From a virus (taxonomy: Duplodnaviria; Heunggongvirae; Uroviricota; Caudoviricetes): a stretch of DNA of 26,039 nucleotides. Both the position numbers and the translations under genes were made by a program. Under the pieces are notes generated by a model. The model had not been told where the DNA came from. It did not search any database and saw only the letters and a list, made by a program, of their open reading frames with translations. The stretch is taken from IMG/VR virus record IMGVR_UViG_2690315742_000005, positions 1-26,039 of that record; one strand, given 5' to 3'. Positions within the stretch are counted from its first letter, which is position 1. Each line of letters starts with the position of its first letter. Below are positions 15,429 through 23,547 of the stretch, piece by piece.

Positions 15429-16058
15429 TTATTGCCGCCCACATAATTCATTATGCCATTTATCCAAGTAACAATCCAATTGTTTTAATGTTTTCAATAC
15501 ATATACAGGCTTACGTGGCGGATGATTTTTTTGAAAAGAATCATATAAATGCATTATGAAATCGACACAAGCACTAGATACATTCTGAGCGCGAAAAACC
15601 CTATATGACTTATTAAAACAATATGATTTCTCACATTCCATAGTAGCTTCATCTATAATATTAGAAAAATACGAAATTGTTATTTTTATCCCCCTCTCAT
15701 CGAGAAGATTAATGTATTTATTTATTTGTATGGCTTTTCCATGAATTGCCGTTAAATATATTTTCGCCGACTGAGTATGCAATCCATTAGAGTTCTTAAA
15801 ATTTTTTTTCTTAAATGGATTAGAATCTGGTGGTGTTGACTTATTAACCCAGTAATCCAGAGACAAATCTGATATTTCGTTTAAAATTTTAGCAATCGCA
15901 TCTATAATCGATTTAGATTCAGAGCGAGTAGCAATCTTCAGTGAATTATTGTAAGTAACAAACCATCCAATAAACACTAAGATAATACTCACAACACTAA
16001 ACATCCATGCGTAAGTGGACACCCCTGCAAGGGTGTCCTTAATATCAACGGTGTTCAA
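15429..16058 (-). CDS. hypothetical membrane protein (third gene of AT-rich cargo operon); start uncertain
   Basis: ORF 15429..16142; predicted TM helix (MFSVVSIILVFIGWFVTY) then Lys/Asn-rich soluble domain; very low GC. Candidate starts: TTG at 16058 (GGAG 5 nt upstream, 1 nt after the upstream stop), ATG at 16004, or ATG at 16142 (would overlap the upstream gene by 83 nt). The 3' end overlaps a hairpin (15423..15441) shared with the convergent int gene. Confidence 0.5.
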   Translation of the reverse strand: MNTVDIKDTLAGVSTYAWMFSVVSIILVFIGWFVTYNNSLKIATRSESKSIIDAIAKILNEISDLSLDYWVNKSTPPDSNPFKKKNFKNSNGLHTQSAKIYLTAIHGKAIQINKYINLLDERGIKITISYFSNIIDEATMECEKSYCFNKSYRVFRAQNVSSACVDFIMHLYDSFQKNHPPRKPVYVLKTLKQLDCYLDKWHNELCGRQ

Positions 16059-16059
16059 A

Positions 16060-16401
16060 TCAACTCCTTTGGAAAGGCTTCCTTTCTGGATTAGCCATTT
16101 CAATATATCTAAAAATTTGATCTTTATAGAACGGCAAATCACTTTTTATAATTAGTTTTGCCTTAATGTCAGCCTTAGGTACACCTTCCTTCCTAACAAG
16201 CCCTCCAAAGGCCTCCTCTAGAAACGAAGAACCAATCCCATGATTTATACCCGTAAAATCTACGACAACCTCACGCTCACCAGATTTTAATGCAGGAACC
16301 AGAAAGTCCTTACGAAAACGCTCAGCACTGTTCGGGCTGTCAGACTTGAACCTTCCAAATGGCATCTTTGAGAAATCCCTTGCTATGACGATGTTAACCA
16401 T
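16060..16401 (-). CDS. STAS-like (anti-sigma-factor-antagonist-like) small protein
   Basis: 113-aa ORF; EVVVDFTGINHGIGSSFLEEAFGGL matches the STAS/SpoIIAA-like pattern (hydrophobic strand, D-F/L-S/T-G-V, then SSGL/SSFL helix); start overlaps the upstream gene stop by 8 nt. Confidence 0.5.
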   Translation of the reverse strand: MVNIVIARDFSKMPFGRFKSDSPNSAERFRKDFLVPALKSGEREVVVDFTGINHGIGSSFLEEAFGGLVRKEGVPKADIKAKLIIKSDLPFYKDQIFRYIEMANPERKPFQRS

Positions 16402-17317
16402 CTTCTCCTCTCCTCGGAACTAATGACCATTCAATCAATGTTCCCGGCATGTACTCAGGTATCCACTCGCATTTGGGAACCTCATTTCTTGAATTATAGC
16501 TGTACTTAACATTCCCTGTGAACACCAAAAGTGATTCTGAATTCGCACAGCCAGACCCTATAGGTCTCTTTATATCCTCAGAACCATTACCACGTCCAGC
16601 GTTAACATATCTGGACTGTCCTCCTGTCAGGGCTGTTGACACAGATGTCACGTCGTCATACCCAGTAAACAACGGAGAGGCTGAAGTAAATGATTTATGT
16701 ATGCCAAGCCCAAGATCATAAATAATAAAGACAACCTTGTCTGTGTCAGGGTTGTACCAACAACTCTGCCACCATCGTTTCCCTTGCATATGCTCTATAG
16801 CACCAGCAAAGTCTGGATGTTCATATGCATGATATGAAACATTCAGCATTGCCTCACTAAGGGCTGAGGAGACCAAAAGATATTGCTCAAATGTGAGAAT
16901 TGCTTTTGAATCAATAAATTCCATCGTTTTAGCCCAATGTTCATACGGTTCCACAGCAGACTGAAAGTACCTGCGTTCCTTAGTAAGAACATCTAATTTA
17001 TCAACTGTATTTGCCATTAGAGCAATCGATAACCCCGTCCCAACAATATATCGATGCCCATACGGATTATTTTCTTTTTTCGGCCAAATGAATCGAAGAC
17101 TACTTGTGCCGAATGCCATAAAATAAGCCCTACTGATGATAGCAAACAACCTTACGCTAGCTGCAGCACCTGCATATTCTACTGTCGAAAAGTCTATAAC
17201 CACTTGTCCAGATGCTCTCGCAAGGGTGTTATCAACTGAGTTCAAAAACTTAGCTGTAACACGGCGATCAGAATCATTATAAAGGCACAATCTTTTTGGG
17301 GAAATCAACAGTTCCAT
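16394..17317 (-). CDS. GHKL/HATPase_c-type ATPase or Ser-kinase-like protein with possible N-terminal STAS-like region
   Basis: 307-aa ORF with GAGGTG RBS 6 nt upstream. Candidate Bergerat-fold motifs: N-box-like LSEAMLNVSYHAYEH, G1-like FIIYDLGLGIHK (D-x-G-x-G), G2-like NAGRGNGSE. N-terminal QVVIDFSTVEYAGAAASVRLF resembles a STAS-like strand-helix. Low GC. Confidence 0.5.
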   Translation of the reverse strand: MELLISPKRLCLYNDSDRRVTAKFLNSVDNTLARASGQVVIDFSTVEYAGAAASVRLFAIISRAYFMAFGTSSLRFIWPKKENNPYGHRYIVGTGLSIALMANTVDKLDVLTKERRYFQSAVEPYEHWAKTMEFIDSKAILTFEQYLLVSSALSEAMLNVSYHAYEHPDFAGAIEHMQGKRWWQSCWYNPDTDKVVFIIYDLGLGIHKSFTSASPLFTGYDDVTSVSTALTGGQSRYVNAGRGNGSEDIKRPIGSGCANSESLLVFTGNVKYSYNSRNEVPKCEWIPEYMPGTLIEWSLVPRRGEDG

Positions 17318-17458
17318 GGCGACACCTCAGCCAAATCTGTCTAGTCAAAAATGAGCAAAATAAATTACTATAAAATAATGACGAAGTGCACGTTTTTGAT
17401 ACGCAAAGATTGCAGGAAGAAATTAAACTTTATTTTTCATACACATAAATTCAATCAT

Positions 17459-17488
17459 ACGCGGGTTCAACTCCCGCCAGCTCCACCA
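17459..17488 (+). other. attachment-site core: 30-bp copy of the 3' end of tmRNA (ssrA), ending CCA
   Basis: ACGCGGGTTCAACTCCCGCCAGCTCCACCA matches the 3' terminus of E. coli tmRNA as I recall it (...GGACGCGGGUUCAACUCCCGCCAGCUCCACCA); upstream sequence is AT-rich and not tmRNA-like, so this is a partial copy as generated by site-specific integration. Confidence 0.6.
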
Positions 17489-17498
17489 AATAAATCAA

Positions 17499-17531
17499 GG
17501 GGTTACGTGAAAGCGTAGCCCCTTTTTCTTT
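17499..17531 (+). terminator. rho-independent terminator candidate immediately after the tmRNA 3'-end copy
   Basis: Hairpin GGGGTTACG-TGAAA-GCGTAGCCCC (one G-U pair) followed by TTTTTCTTT. Confidence 0.45.
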
Positions 17532-17611
17532 GGTAGTGGCGGCAAAATGGCGACAGACTTTTGCGTCCATCTTGCCTGTCGCCATCTTGAAATCATGCAA
17601 AGAGGTTTCAC

Positions 17612-18094
17612 ATGGAAGAACTTCACTTTGTTTACATCAATGCAAATGGTCGTATCGCTGTTCACTCTATACAGAGCATCAGTTATAGCGAAAATCATAT
17701 ACAGGGCATTTGTAAGAACACCGATCGAATAAAAACCTTCCGAAAAGACCGCATTCTTAAACAGTACGATTCACCAGAACAAGCCATTCAGGAATGCGCG
17801 TCATTCCTCCCCGAAAGCTACTCACATCTCACTAAGCAGTCTGGTCCGAAAAAAAATACATTCGATGTGTGTTTCACCGGATTTAAGAAAGCAGATAAAG
17901 AAAGATTGGTTGATAAGGCGAATGAACAAGGATTAACGGTAAGAACCTCTATAACCCAAAGCCTTCAGATGCTCTGTTGCGGTTACAATGCAGGCCCATC
18001 AAAAGTATCGGCAGCCAGGATGAAAGGCACAATCATCATAGATGAGCCTGGCTTTATACATTTTCTTGAAACGGGTGAGATTCCAGATGAATAA
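17612..18094 (+). CDS. BRCT-domain protein (cargo gene between att core and ogr)
   Basis: 160-aa ORF with AAGAGG RBS; C-terminal 80 aa (FDVCFTGFKKADKERLVDKANEQGLTVRTSITQSLQMLCCGYNAGPSKVSAARMKGTIIIDEPGFIHFL) follows the BRCT pattern seen in NAD-ligase C-termini (F-TG, G-V..S.t....l..G.naGsK..kA...g..ii.E..F); N-terminal 75 aa unassigned; AT-rich. Confidence 0.5.
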   Translation: MEELHFVYINANGRIAVHSIQSISYSENHIQGICKNTDRIKTFRKDRILKQYDSPEQAIQECASFLPESYSHLTKQSGPKKNTFDVCFTGFKKADKERLVDKANEQGLTVRTSITQSLQMLCCGYNAGPSKVSAARMKGTIIIDEPGFIHFLETGEIPDE

Positions 18095-18120
18095 AAACCT
18101 GCCGTAGCAGGTTCTCTTTC

Positions 18121-18339
18121 TCAAAAATTCATATGCCCCTGACCACCTGGCAATGGATGTGGAGGAGCAGTAGCAATCAGTGCGGGTGTCACAATAAACC
18201 GGACCACTGTTTCATGAGTAACAAAAGTGCTCCCGCAGTTAATATTTTGGCACTGGCAGTAACGCTCTTTGGTGCTTTCAGTTACTTGAAAACTGCTCCT
18301 TGTGTGTGCCGCATGACCACACTTTGGACAATTCATCAT
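18121..18339 (-). CDS. ogr: Ogr/Delta-type zinc-finger late transcription activator
   Basis: ORF 18121..18384; from the internal Met (MMNCPKCGHAAHTRSS...TKERYCQCQNINCGSTF...PHPLPGGQ) it is 72 aa and matches P2 Ogr (CPLCQHAAH...TKERYHQCQNVNCSATF...PHPLPSGQ) including the four zinc-ligand Cys. Confidence 0.85.
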   Translation of the reverse strand: MMNCPKCGHAAHTRSSFQVTESTKERYCQCQNINCGSTFVTHETVVRFIVTPALIATAPPHPLPGGQGHMNF

Positions 18340-18407
18340 ATCCAGATCCCTACCTTTGCTATCAGAATCATTGTAATGATACACAAAATATCAATATTGA
18401 GAACACT

Positions 18408-19508
18408 TTATTCCATTTCAAGATCATCAATCTTCACTTCGAGTTCAATACTGGTTGTAAAACCGTTATCCGGGCTGACGGTATGTGTCAGAGTCGTAAT
18501 GGTCCATTCCGCATCATCTATCGGCTGTTTAAAACCACTGACCTTCACAGGCATTTCCGTGTAGAGATCTGCCCGCCCTTCTGCCAGTTGTAGCGAAAAT
18601 GACGCAACGCCGCGTTGCAGGCGTTCCCACTGCATTTTCGCCGCTCGTTCGGCGTTGCTCCGGTTGGCATAAGTGCGATTAAGTACCAGCACGTTTTCAT
18701 CCGTACCCACCAGGTAATCGCCCTGCTTCGCTTCTGGCTCTTTCTTCTGCTTCTTAGTTCTGCGCTTACGCTTCACCGTGGTGCTTTCTTTCTTCGCAGG
18801 TTCGCGGGTATGCAACCAGCTGGCAATTACGCCCGTGTAGGCTCCGCGATCTGCCAGGGTAAATCGGTGACTGTCGCCGTCCTTGCGTGTGATAGTGATC
18901 ACTGGCAGAGGTTTACCAGTGGCGCTTTTGCCCTGCCCCTGCCGGATGAATAACAGATTGCCATTTTTCACCGACGCGATGGCACCGTACTGTCGCGCCA
19001 GCCGCATCAGAAAACTGCCGTCACTCTCATTAGTCTGGTCTATATGCTCCACGGGCTTATCCGACAGGTCTTTACCCAGTGCCATCTTCAGCTTGTGCCG
19101 CGCGGCTATTTCCTTCACCACTTCCCCGACGGTGGTCTTATGCCACGATTTTTCACGGCGGGTATTCAGCGTTTCCCGAAAATCAGCACTTCGCGCCCGG
19201 ATAGTCAGGCGGTCCGGTGCGCCAGTGTGTTCAATCTCGTCCACTGTGAATGCCCCTTTCGGGAAAAGCGGCTGCCCCTTCCAGCCCAGCGCCAGCGTAA
19301 TAACCGCACCACGGCGCGGCAGCACGATTTTTCCGTCAGCGTCATCCAGCTCCAGATCAAGCTGGTCCGCTTCAAAGCCCCGGTTATCCGTCAGCGTCAA
19401 ACTCATCAGGCGGTTATCCAGCACAGTGGTGATATCCCTGCCCTCAATACTGATGCTGAATGCGGGAGTTTTGTTGCCTTTGTTAAGCAGTTCAGAGCTG
19501 AAATTCAC
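18408..19508 (-). CDS. D: P2-like tail protein D
   Basis: 366-aa ORF directly downstream of U and upstream of ogr, the conserved P2 order FI-FII-E-T-U-D-ogr; size and character fit gpD. Confidence 0.8.
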   Translation of the reverse strand: MNFSSELLNKGNKTPAFSISIEGRDITTVLDNRLMSLTLTDNRGFEADQLDLELDDADGKIVLPRRGAVITLALGWKGQPLFPKGAFTVDEIEHTGAPDRLTIRARSADFRETLNTRREKSWHKTTVGEVVKEIAARHKLKMALGKDLSDKPVEHIDQTNESDGSFLMRLARQYGAIASVKNGNLLFIRQGQGKSATGKPLPVITITRKDGDSHRFTLADRGAYTGVIASWLHTREPAKKESTTVKRKRRTKKQKKEPEAKQGDYLVGTDENVLVLNRTYANRSNAERAAKMQWERLQRGVASFSLQLAEGRADLYTEMPVKVSGFKQPIDDAEWTITTLTHTVSPDNGFTTSIELEVKIDDLEME

Positions 19509-19990
19509 GACAGCAGCCCTCCCACCGTTTTACTGATATCGCTTAAGGCAGACGTTGCCGTGTCCTGCAAATTATTCAGTTGCGCACTGAGATCACCGAA
19601 CATATCGGACAGGGATTCATCCACTCGTTTGAGCGACAGGGTGAACTCAATCCGGCGCGGCATACCGTCGCGGAAAAACTCCGTTTTAGTCTGATTCAGT
19701 CCCTCAATCACATACATGCCGTAAATCGTGCCGCTGCCTTCAATCAGGGGCCATGCTTTCCCCTGTTCTGCCATCTGCTCCAGTGCCAGCAACGACAGCC
19801 TGCCGCCTGTTATTTCCGGCATAAGAACACCGGAAAGCGTCAGCATGTCGTTTTCCGGTCCCAGAAACTGCGTGGACGGACGTCGGTTTACCCGACTGTT
19901 TGCCGCATGTCGCCAGCTGCGTTGATACTGCAGTTCCTGATACGGAACGGTGCGCAGCATAAACACGTACAATCCCAGCACCATCATCAT
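19505..19990 (-). CDS. U: P2-like tail protein U
   Basis: 161-aa ORF between T and D with 4-bp overlaps; size matches P2 gpU. Confidence 0.8.
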   Translation of the reverse strand: MMMVLGLYVFMLRTVPYQELQYQRSWRHAANSRVNRRPSTQFLGPENDMLTLSGVLMPEITGGRLSLLALEQMAEQGKAWPLIEGSGTIYGMYVIEGLNQTKTEFFRDGMPRRIEFTLSLKRVDESLSDMFGDLSAQLNNLQDTATSALSDISKTVGGLLS

Positions 19991-22900
19991 GCGTCGTATC
20001 CCCCCTGATCGCTGTAGTTACTCCTGGCTTTTGCCTTCAGCCTGCGTTCACGTTCATCAAGCTGGCGTGCCACCTCCCGCGCAATATCCTGCGCACTTTG
20101 TCCTGGCTGCGTCTGAATGATGATCTGCGTCGGTGCCTCAATCCGTTGAACGAGCGGCACAGTGGCTGCGCGACTCACAATTGCTTCTCCACCTTTCGCG
20201 GGAAGTGCCAAAGGGTGCAACGGTGGAAGCTCTGCTGGCGCGGCAGCAACGCCCATCATTCCGGCAACAACGGCAGCCAGTGCAGCTGTATTTCTCCGGC
20301 TGGTCACATTTGCCGGGCCGTTAACAATTTCCGGCCCGTTTTCACCGACGATGCCAAACTGCCCGCGCGGGATATACCCACCGCTGTCATACATCCCCGC
20401 AAAGCCATATCCCCATGATGGAAAACCACCCGATGGCATCATCACTTTACCGTCTGCATTCACCGTCGCAGGTTGCTGACGCGTCACGCTTTCCGGCAGT
20501 TTTGCCTTTGCGGCCTCTTTACTGACAATGCCGAGCTTCTCCAGCAACCAGGAAACGCCGGATTTCAGGGAGTCCAGCGGATGCATGACCATATTCAGCC
20601 CTTCCGCCAGTGCCTCCCCGAATCGCCGCCCCATTGCCGCTGCGCTCTGCAGTTCGGCAGAGGTCGACTTAACGGGCGTCAGCAGATCAGTAAACCAGCC
20701 CCACAGCGCCTGCACTTTGTCGCCAATCCACTGGAACACGGGCTTAAGCGGTTCGAACGCTGCACTGATGGGACCTGCCGCCGCTTTGAATCCTTCCACC
20801 ACGCCACCGAGAAATGCGGTGATGGGTTGCCAGTATTTCCAGACAACCAGCGCCACGCCCGCCAGTGCAGTAACCACAAGACCTATCGGACTGAGCAGAG
20901 CACCTAACAGACCAGATATGGCATACAGGGCAACGCGCAGCATCGCCAGCGGGCCGGATGCGAGCACACGCAGCACCGCGCCTGCGGCAGCCAGCCCACC
21001 GCGTAGTGCTGCCAGTGGATTCATAAACATCACAGCAACAGCACGTAAACCGGATAATCCAGACCGCAAAAGTGCAACCGGCGCACCTGCTACAGTTTTC
21101 AGGACATTCCCCATCAGTGATACCGTGCGACGCAAAGACGACAACGGAGCAGTAAGTAAACCCGCTGCGTTGCCCGATGAAGCAAGCCCGCGTCGCAGCA
21201 GTGCCAGTGGTGCGCCAGCCAGCCAGGACAACGCGCTGCTGGTTCGAGTTACTGCTGCCGTAACGGAAGGTAACGTTTTGATACCCAGCACAGAGAATCC
21301 CAGACGGATCACTGCCAGCGGCCCCAGCACTGCAGCCAGCGCCACCGCTAAGGTGCCGAGGCCTACGGTAACCGCAGCCACAACAGCCACTACTTTCATC
21401 AGTGTGCCTGTCAGTTCCGGGTTAGCTTCCACCCAGCGGCGCAACGCCCCCGTGACGCTTTTCACCGTGTACAGAATATCCATCAGCGGCTGGCGCAGCG
21501 TTTCGCCCAGGCTGCTGAAGGTGTTCTGCGCTCCGGTTTTGACCAGCAACCACTGAGCAGAAAGTGAGTCTTTGTTGATGTCGGATTCTTTCTGCATCGA
21601 ACCGAGCGCATCATTGCCCGCTGTCAGTTTTAGCTGGCGCTGTAGTTCCGGCAGGTTGTTTGCCAGTTTCGCCGCGTCATCGCCAAACTCTTTACCAAAC
21701 AACATGGTCATGGCAGACAGACGCTTGTCCTGCGGCAGTGCGTTCACCTTCTCCAGTACACGCTGGATGGTTCCCATCGCATCCTTCGTCATCTGCTTTT
21801 CAATCACTTCAGGATTGAGTTTCAGCAGATTCATCCCTTCAAAGAAACTCTTGCTTTGCATGGTGGCAATGGACAATTCACGCACCATCGCGTTTGCTGC
21901 ACTGGCTGCAACCTCCGGCGCAGCGCCCAGTGTCAGAAAGGTGGAACCCAGTGCCGCCGCTTTACGATAATCCAGACGGTCAGCCACACCGCCCAGACGT
22001 TGCATCACATCAATGATGTCCGCCCCTTTCGACATGGCGTTATCATCCAGATAGTTCAGCGCATCGCCGAGCTGTTCAATATTGCGGGTAGGTATTTTGT
22101 AGAGCTGGGCGATTTTCCCCAGACTTTCTGACAGTTCATCCGCTGGCAGCTCAAAGGCTGTTGCCGCCTTTGCTGCCGTACTGGCGAAGGCCAGCAGGTC
22201 ACGTTTCTGGTCTTCCCAGCTGTCGTCAGGGTTTGCCACGTTCATGCGCGCACCACCTTCAACCAGTGCAGCGAAGTCCACCGCACCGTTTTCCATCGGC
22301 AACTGTTCGCTGGCAGCCTTGATGGCATCCTGCATTTCGTAAAAACGCGCAGTGCGGTTGCCATTATCGTCACGCAGACCATTGACCTGCTTTGCCACAC
22401 CTTTCATGGCATCTTCCATGCTGGCATAGCTTTTTACCGCCGCCATCACTGGCGCGCCCATTGCCAGCCCTGCAGCCGTGGTGGTGGCTCCGGCTCCTGC
22501 GATACGATCGCGCACTTCAAGCCGTCTTGAGTATTGTTCTCTGGCAGCGTTCATCCGTGCCTGTTGTTCACCCAGACGTTTAAGTGCTTTTTGCTGGCCC
22601 TCCAGTGCCTGCCTTGTTTCTTCAGCATTTTTCTTAAGTTCTCGCTGGGCACTACTGAGTTGCCTGGTATCAATCCCTGATTCTTTAAGTGCCTGACGTT
22701 GTCTCTGGACCGCCCCCAACAAGCCGTTATAGGTCTGCTGAAGTTCCTGTACTCGTGTTTTGGCCTGACTGAATAACTTTGCCTGCGCGGCGGTTGGCCT
22801 GTTAGTGGCAGCAAATTGTGTGGCGAGTTTTGCCGCCTCTTCGCGGGCTGCGTTCAGGTTGTTGGCTGTTATGGCTAGTTGCGAGCGCGTCTTGCGAAAC

Positions 22901-23064
22901 TCATCAATTCTGCCAGCCTGCTTATTCAGTTCTTTGAGGCTGTTTCTGGTATTCTGAATTGCGCCAGCCAGCTCTTTCGAACTGGCCTGTGCAGCACGGA
23001 ATGGGCGGGTGAGTTTGTCAACCGCATTAAGAATGACCTGCAGACGCAGGTTGTTATCACTCAT
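19987..23064 (-). CDS. T: tail tape measure protein (gpT-like)
   Basis: 1025-aa ORF; N-terminal coiled-coil (Ala/Gln/Arg-rich) region, central hydrophobic Ala/Leu/Gly-rich repeats, C-terminal Gly-rich part; follows E/E' as in P2. Confidence 0.9.
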   Translation of the reverse strand: MSDNNLRLQVILNAVDKLTRPFRAAQASSKELAGAIQNTRNSLKELNKQAGRIDEFRKTRSQLAITANNLNAAREEAAKLATQFAATNRPTAAQAKLFSQAKTRVQELQQTYNGLLGAVQRQRQALKESGIDTRQLSSAQRELKKNAEETRQALEGQQKALKRLGEQQARMNAAREQYSRRLEVRDRIAGAGATTTAAGLAMGAPVMAAVKSYASMEDAMKGVAKQVNGLRDDNGNRTARFYEMQDAIKAASEQLPMENGAVDFAALVEGGARMNVANPDDSWEDQKRDLLAFASTAAKAATAFELPADELSESLGKIAQLYKIPTRNIEQLGDALNYLDDNAMSKGADIIDVMQRLGGVADRLDYRKAAALGSTFLTLGAAPEVAASAANAMVRELSIATMQSKSFFEGMNLLKLNPEVIEKQMTKDAMGTIQRVLEKVNALPQDKRLSAMTMLFGKEFGDDAAKLANNLPELQRQLKLTAGNDALGSMQKESDINKDSLSAQWLLVKTGAQNTFSSLGETLRQPLMDILYTVKSVTGALRRWVEANPELTGTLMKVVAVVAAVTVGLGTLAVALAAVLGPLAVIRLGFSVLGIKTLPSVTAAVTRTSSALSWLAGAPLALLRRGLASSGNAAGLLTAPLSSLRRTVSLMGNVLKTVAGAPVALLRSGLSGLRAVAVMFMNPLAALRGGLAAAGAVLRVLASGPLAMLRVALYAISGLLGALLSPIGLVVTALAGVALVVWKYWQPITAFLGGVVEGFKAAAGPISAAFEPLKPVFQWIGDKVQALWGWFTDLLTPVKSTSAELQSAAAMGRRFGEALAEGLNMVMHPLDSLKSGVSWLLEKLGIVSKEAAKAKLPESVTRQQPATVNADGKVMMPSGGFPSWGYGFAGMYDSGGYIPRGQFGIVGENGPEIVNGPANVTSRRNTAALAAVVAGMMGVAAAPAELPPLHPLALPAKGGEAIVSRAATVPLVQRIEAPTQIIIQTQPGQSAQDIAREVARQLDERERRLKAKARSNYSDQGGYDA

Positions 23065-23493
23065 CGTTGGCCCCGCTTCTCTGAATCGCTTTATACCGCC
23101 ATTCCAGCACTTCGGTCAGCGGCATAACGTCAGTAACGGATGGCGGCCAGTGAAAAATGGTGGCGATATCTGCCACCAGATCGTCAACCGTCAGGCTGTC
23201 GGTAAACCGGCAAGCACCGACTTCTTCAACAAAAAAGTGACAACCTCAACCGACATGGCAGTGAGATCTGCCGGGTCCATCTCTGCAATTTCCTGTGCAG
23301 TCAGTGCCGGGCTGGAGATGCGGGGGATCACGGTCATCATCGCGTTCACATCCATATCCATAATGGCCTGCAGGCGTGTACCGCGTAGCGCACCAGACTG
23401 CGGTTTACGCAGCACAATTTCGGTAATTTCTGTTTTACCGCGCTTGATAGGGGTATCCAGTTGAATGGTCTTTTCAGTCTGCTTATCGCTCAT
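23057..23493 (-). CDS. E+E' fusion product via programmed -1 translational frameshift (slip site at 23230..23237)
   Basis: On the minus strand gene E reads ...GTC ACT TTT TTG TTG AAG...; the -1 frame after TTTTTTG stays open (...VEEVGACRFTDSLTVDDLVADIATIFHWPPSVTDVMPLTEVLEWRYKAIQRSGANDE) and ends at a TGA (23059..23057) overlapping the T start codon, the P2 E/E' arrangement. Hand translation. Confidence 0.6.
23191..23493 (-). CDS. E: tail assembly chaperone E
   Basis: 100-aa acidic ORF between FII and T; slippery CTTTTTTG near its 3' end, as in P2 gene E. Confidence 0.8.
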   Translation of the reverse strand: MSDKQTEKTIQLDTPIKRGKTEITEIVLRKPQSGALRGTRLQAIMDMDVNAMMTVIPRISSPALTAQEIAEMDPADLTAMSVEVVTFLLKKSVLAGLPTA

Positions 23494-23547
23494 TTTGTTG
23501 TCCTGTGAATTGGGTTCTGGCGCGGAATCCCGCGCCGTTCAGATACA

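Noticed and set aside
15423-15441. Hairpin GGCGGCA-TTTAT-TGCCGCC between int and the cargo operon, considered as attP/core site
   Set aside because: No flanking T-tract and no second copy in the window; more likely a bidirectional transcription stop overlapping the 3' end of the cargo gene. The tmRNA-derived core at 17459..17488 is the better att candidate.
17459-17488. Possible intact tRNA/tmRNA gene
   Set aside because: Only the 3'-terminal 30 nt (T-arm half and acceptor 3' strand with CCA) is present; upstream sequence is AT-rich and cannot form the rest of a tRNA or tmRNA.
18133-18593. Plus-strand ORFs 18133..18564 and 18300..18593 overlapping ogr and the end of gene D
   Set aside because: Antisense to well-supported P2-like genes; low-complexity translations.
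20528-21556. 342-aa plus-strand ORF (and other plus-strand ORFs 20098..20907, 21572..22131, 22392..22696) inside the tape-measure gene
   Set aside because: Antisense to a well-supported 1025-aa gene; translations are low-complexity Ala/Ser/Pro/Arg-rich, as expected from the reverse frame of GC-rich coding DNA.
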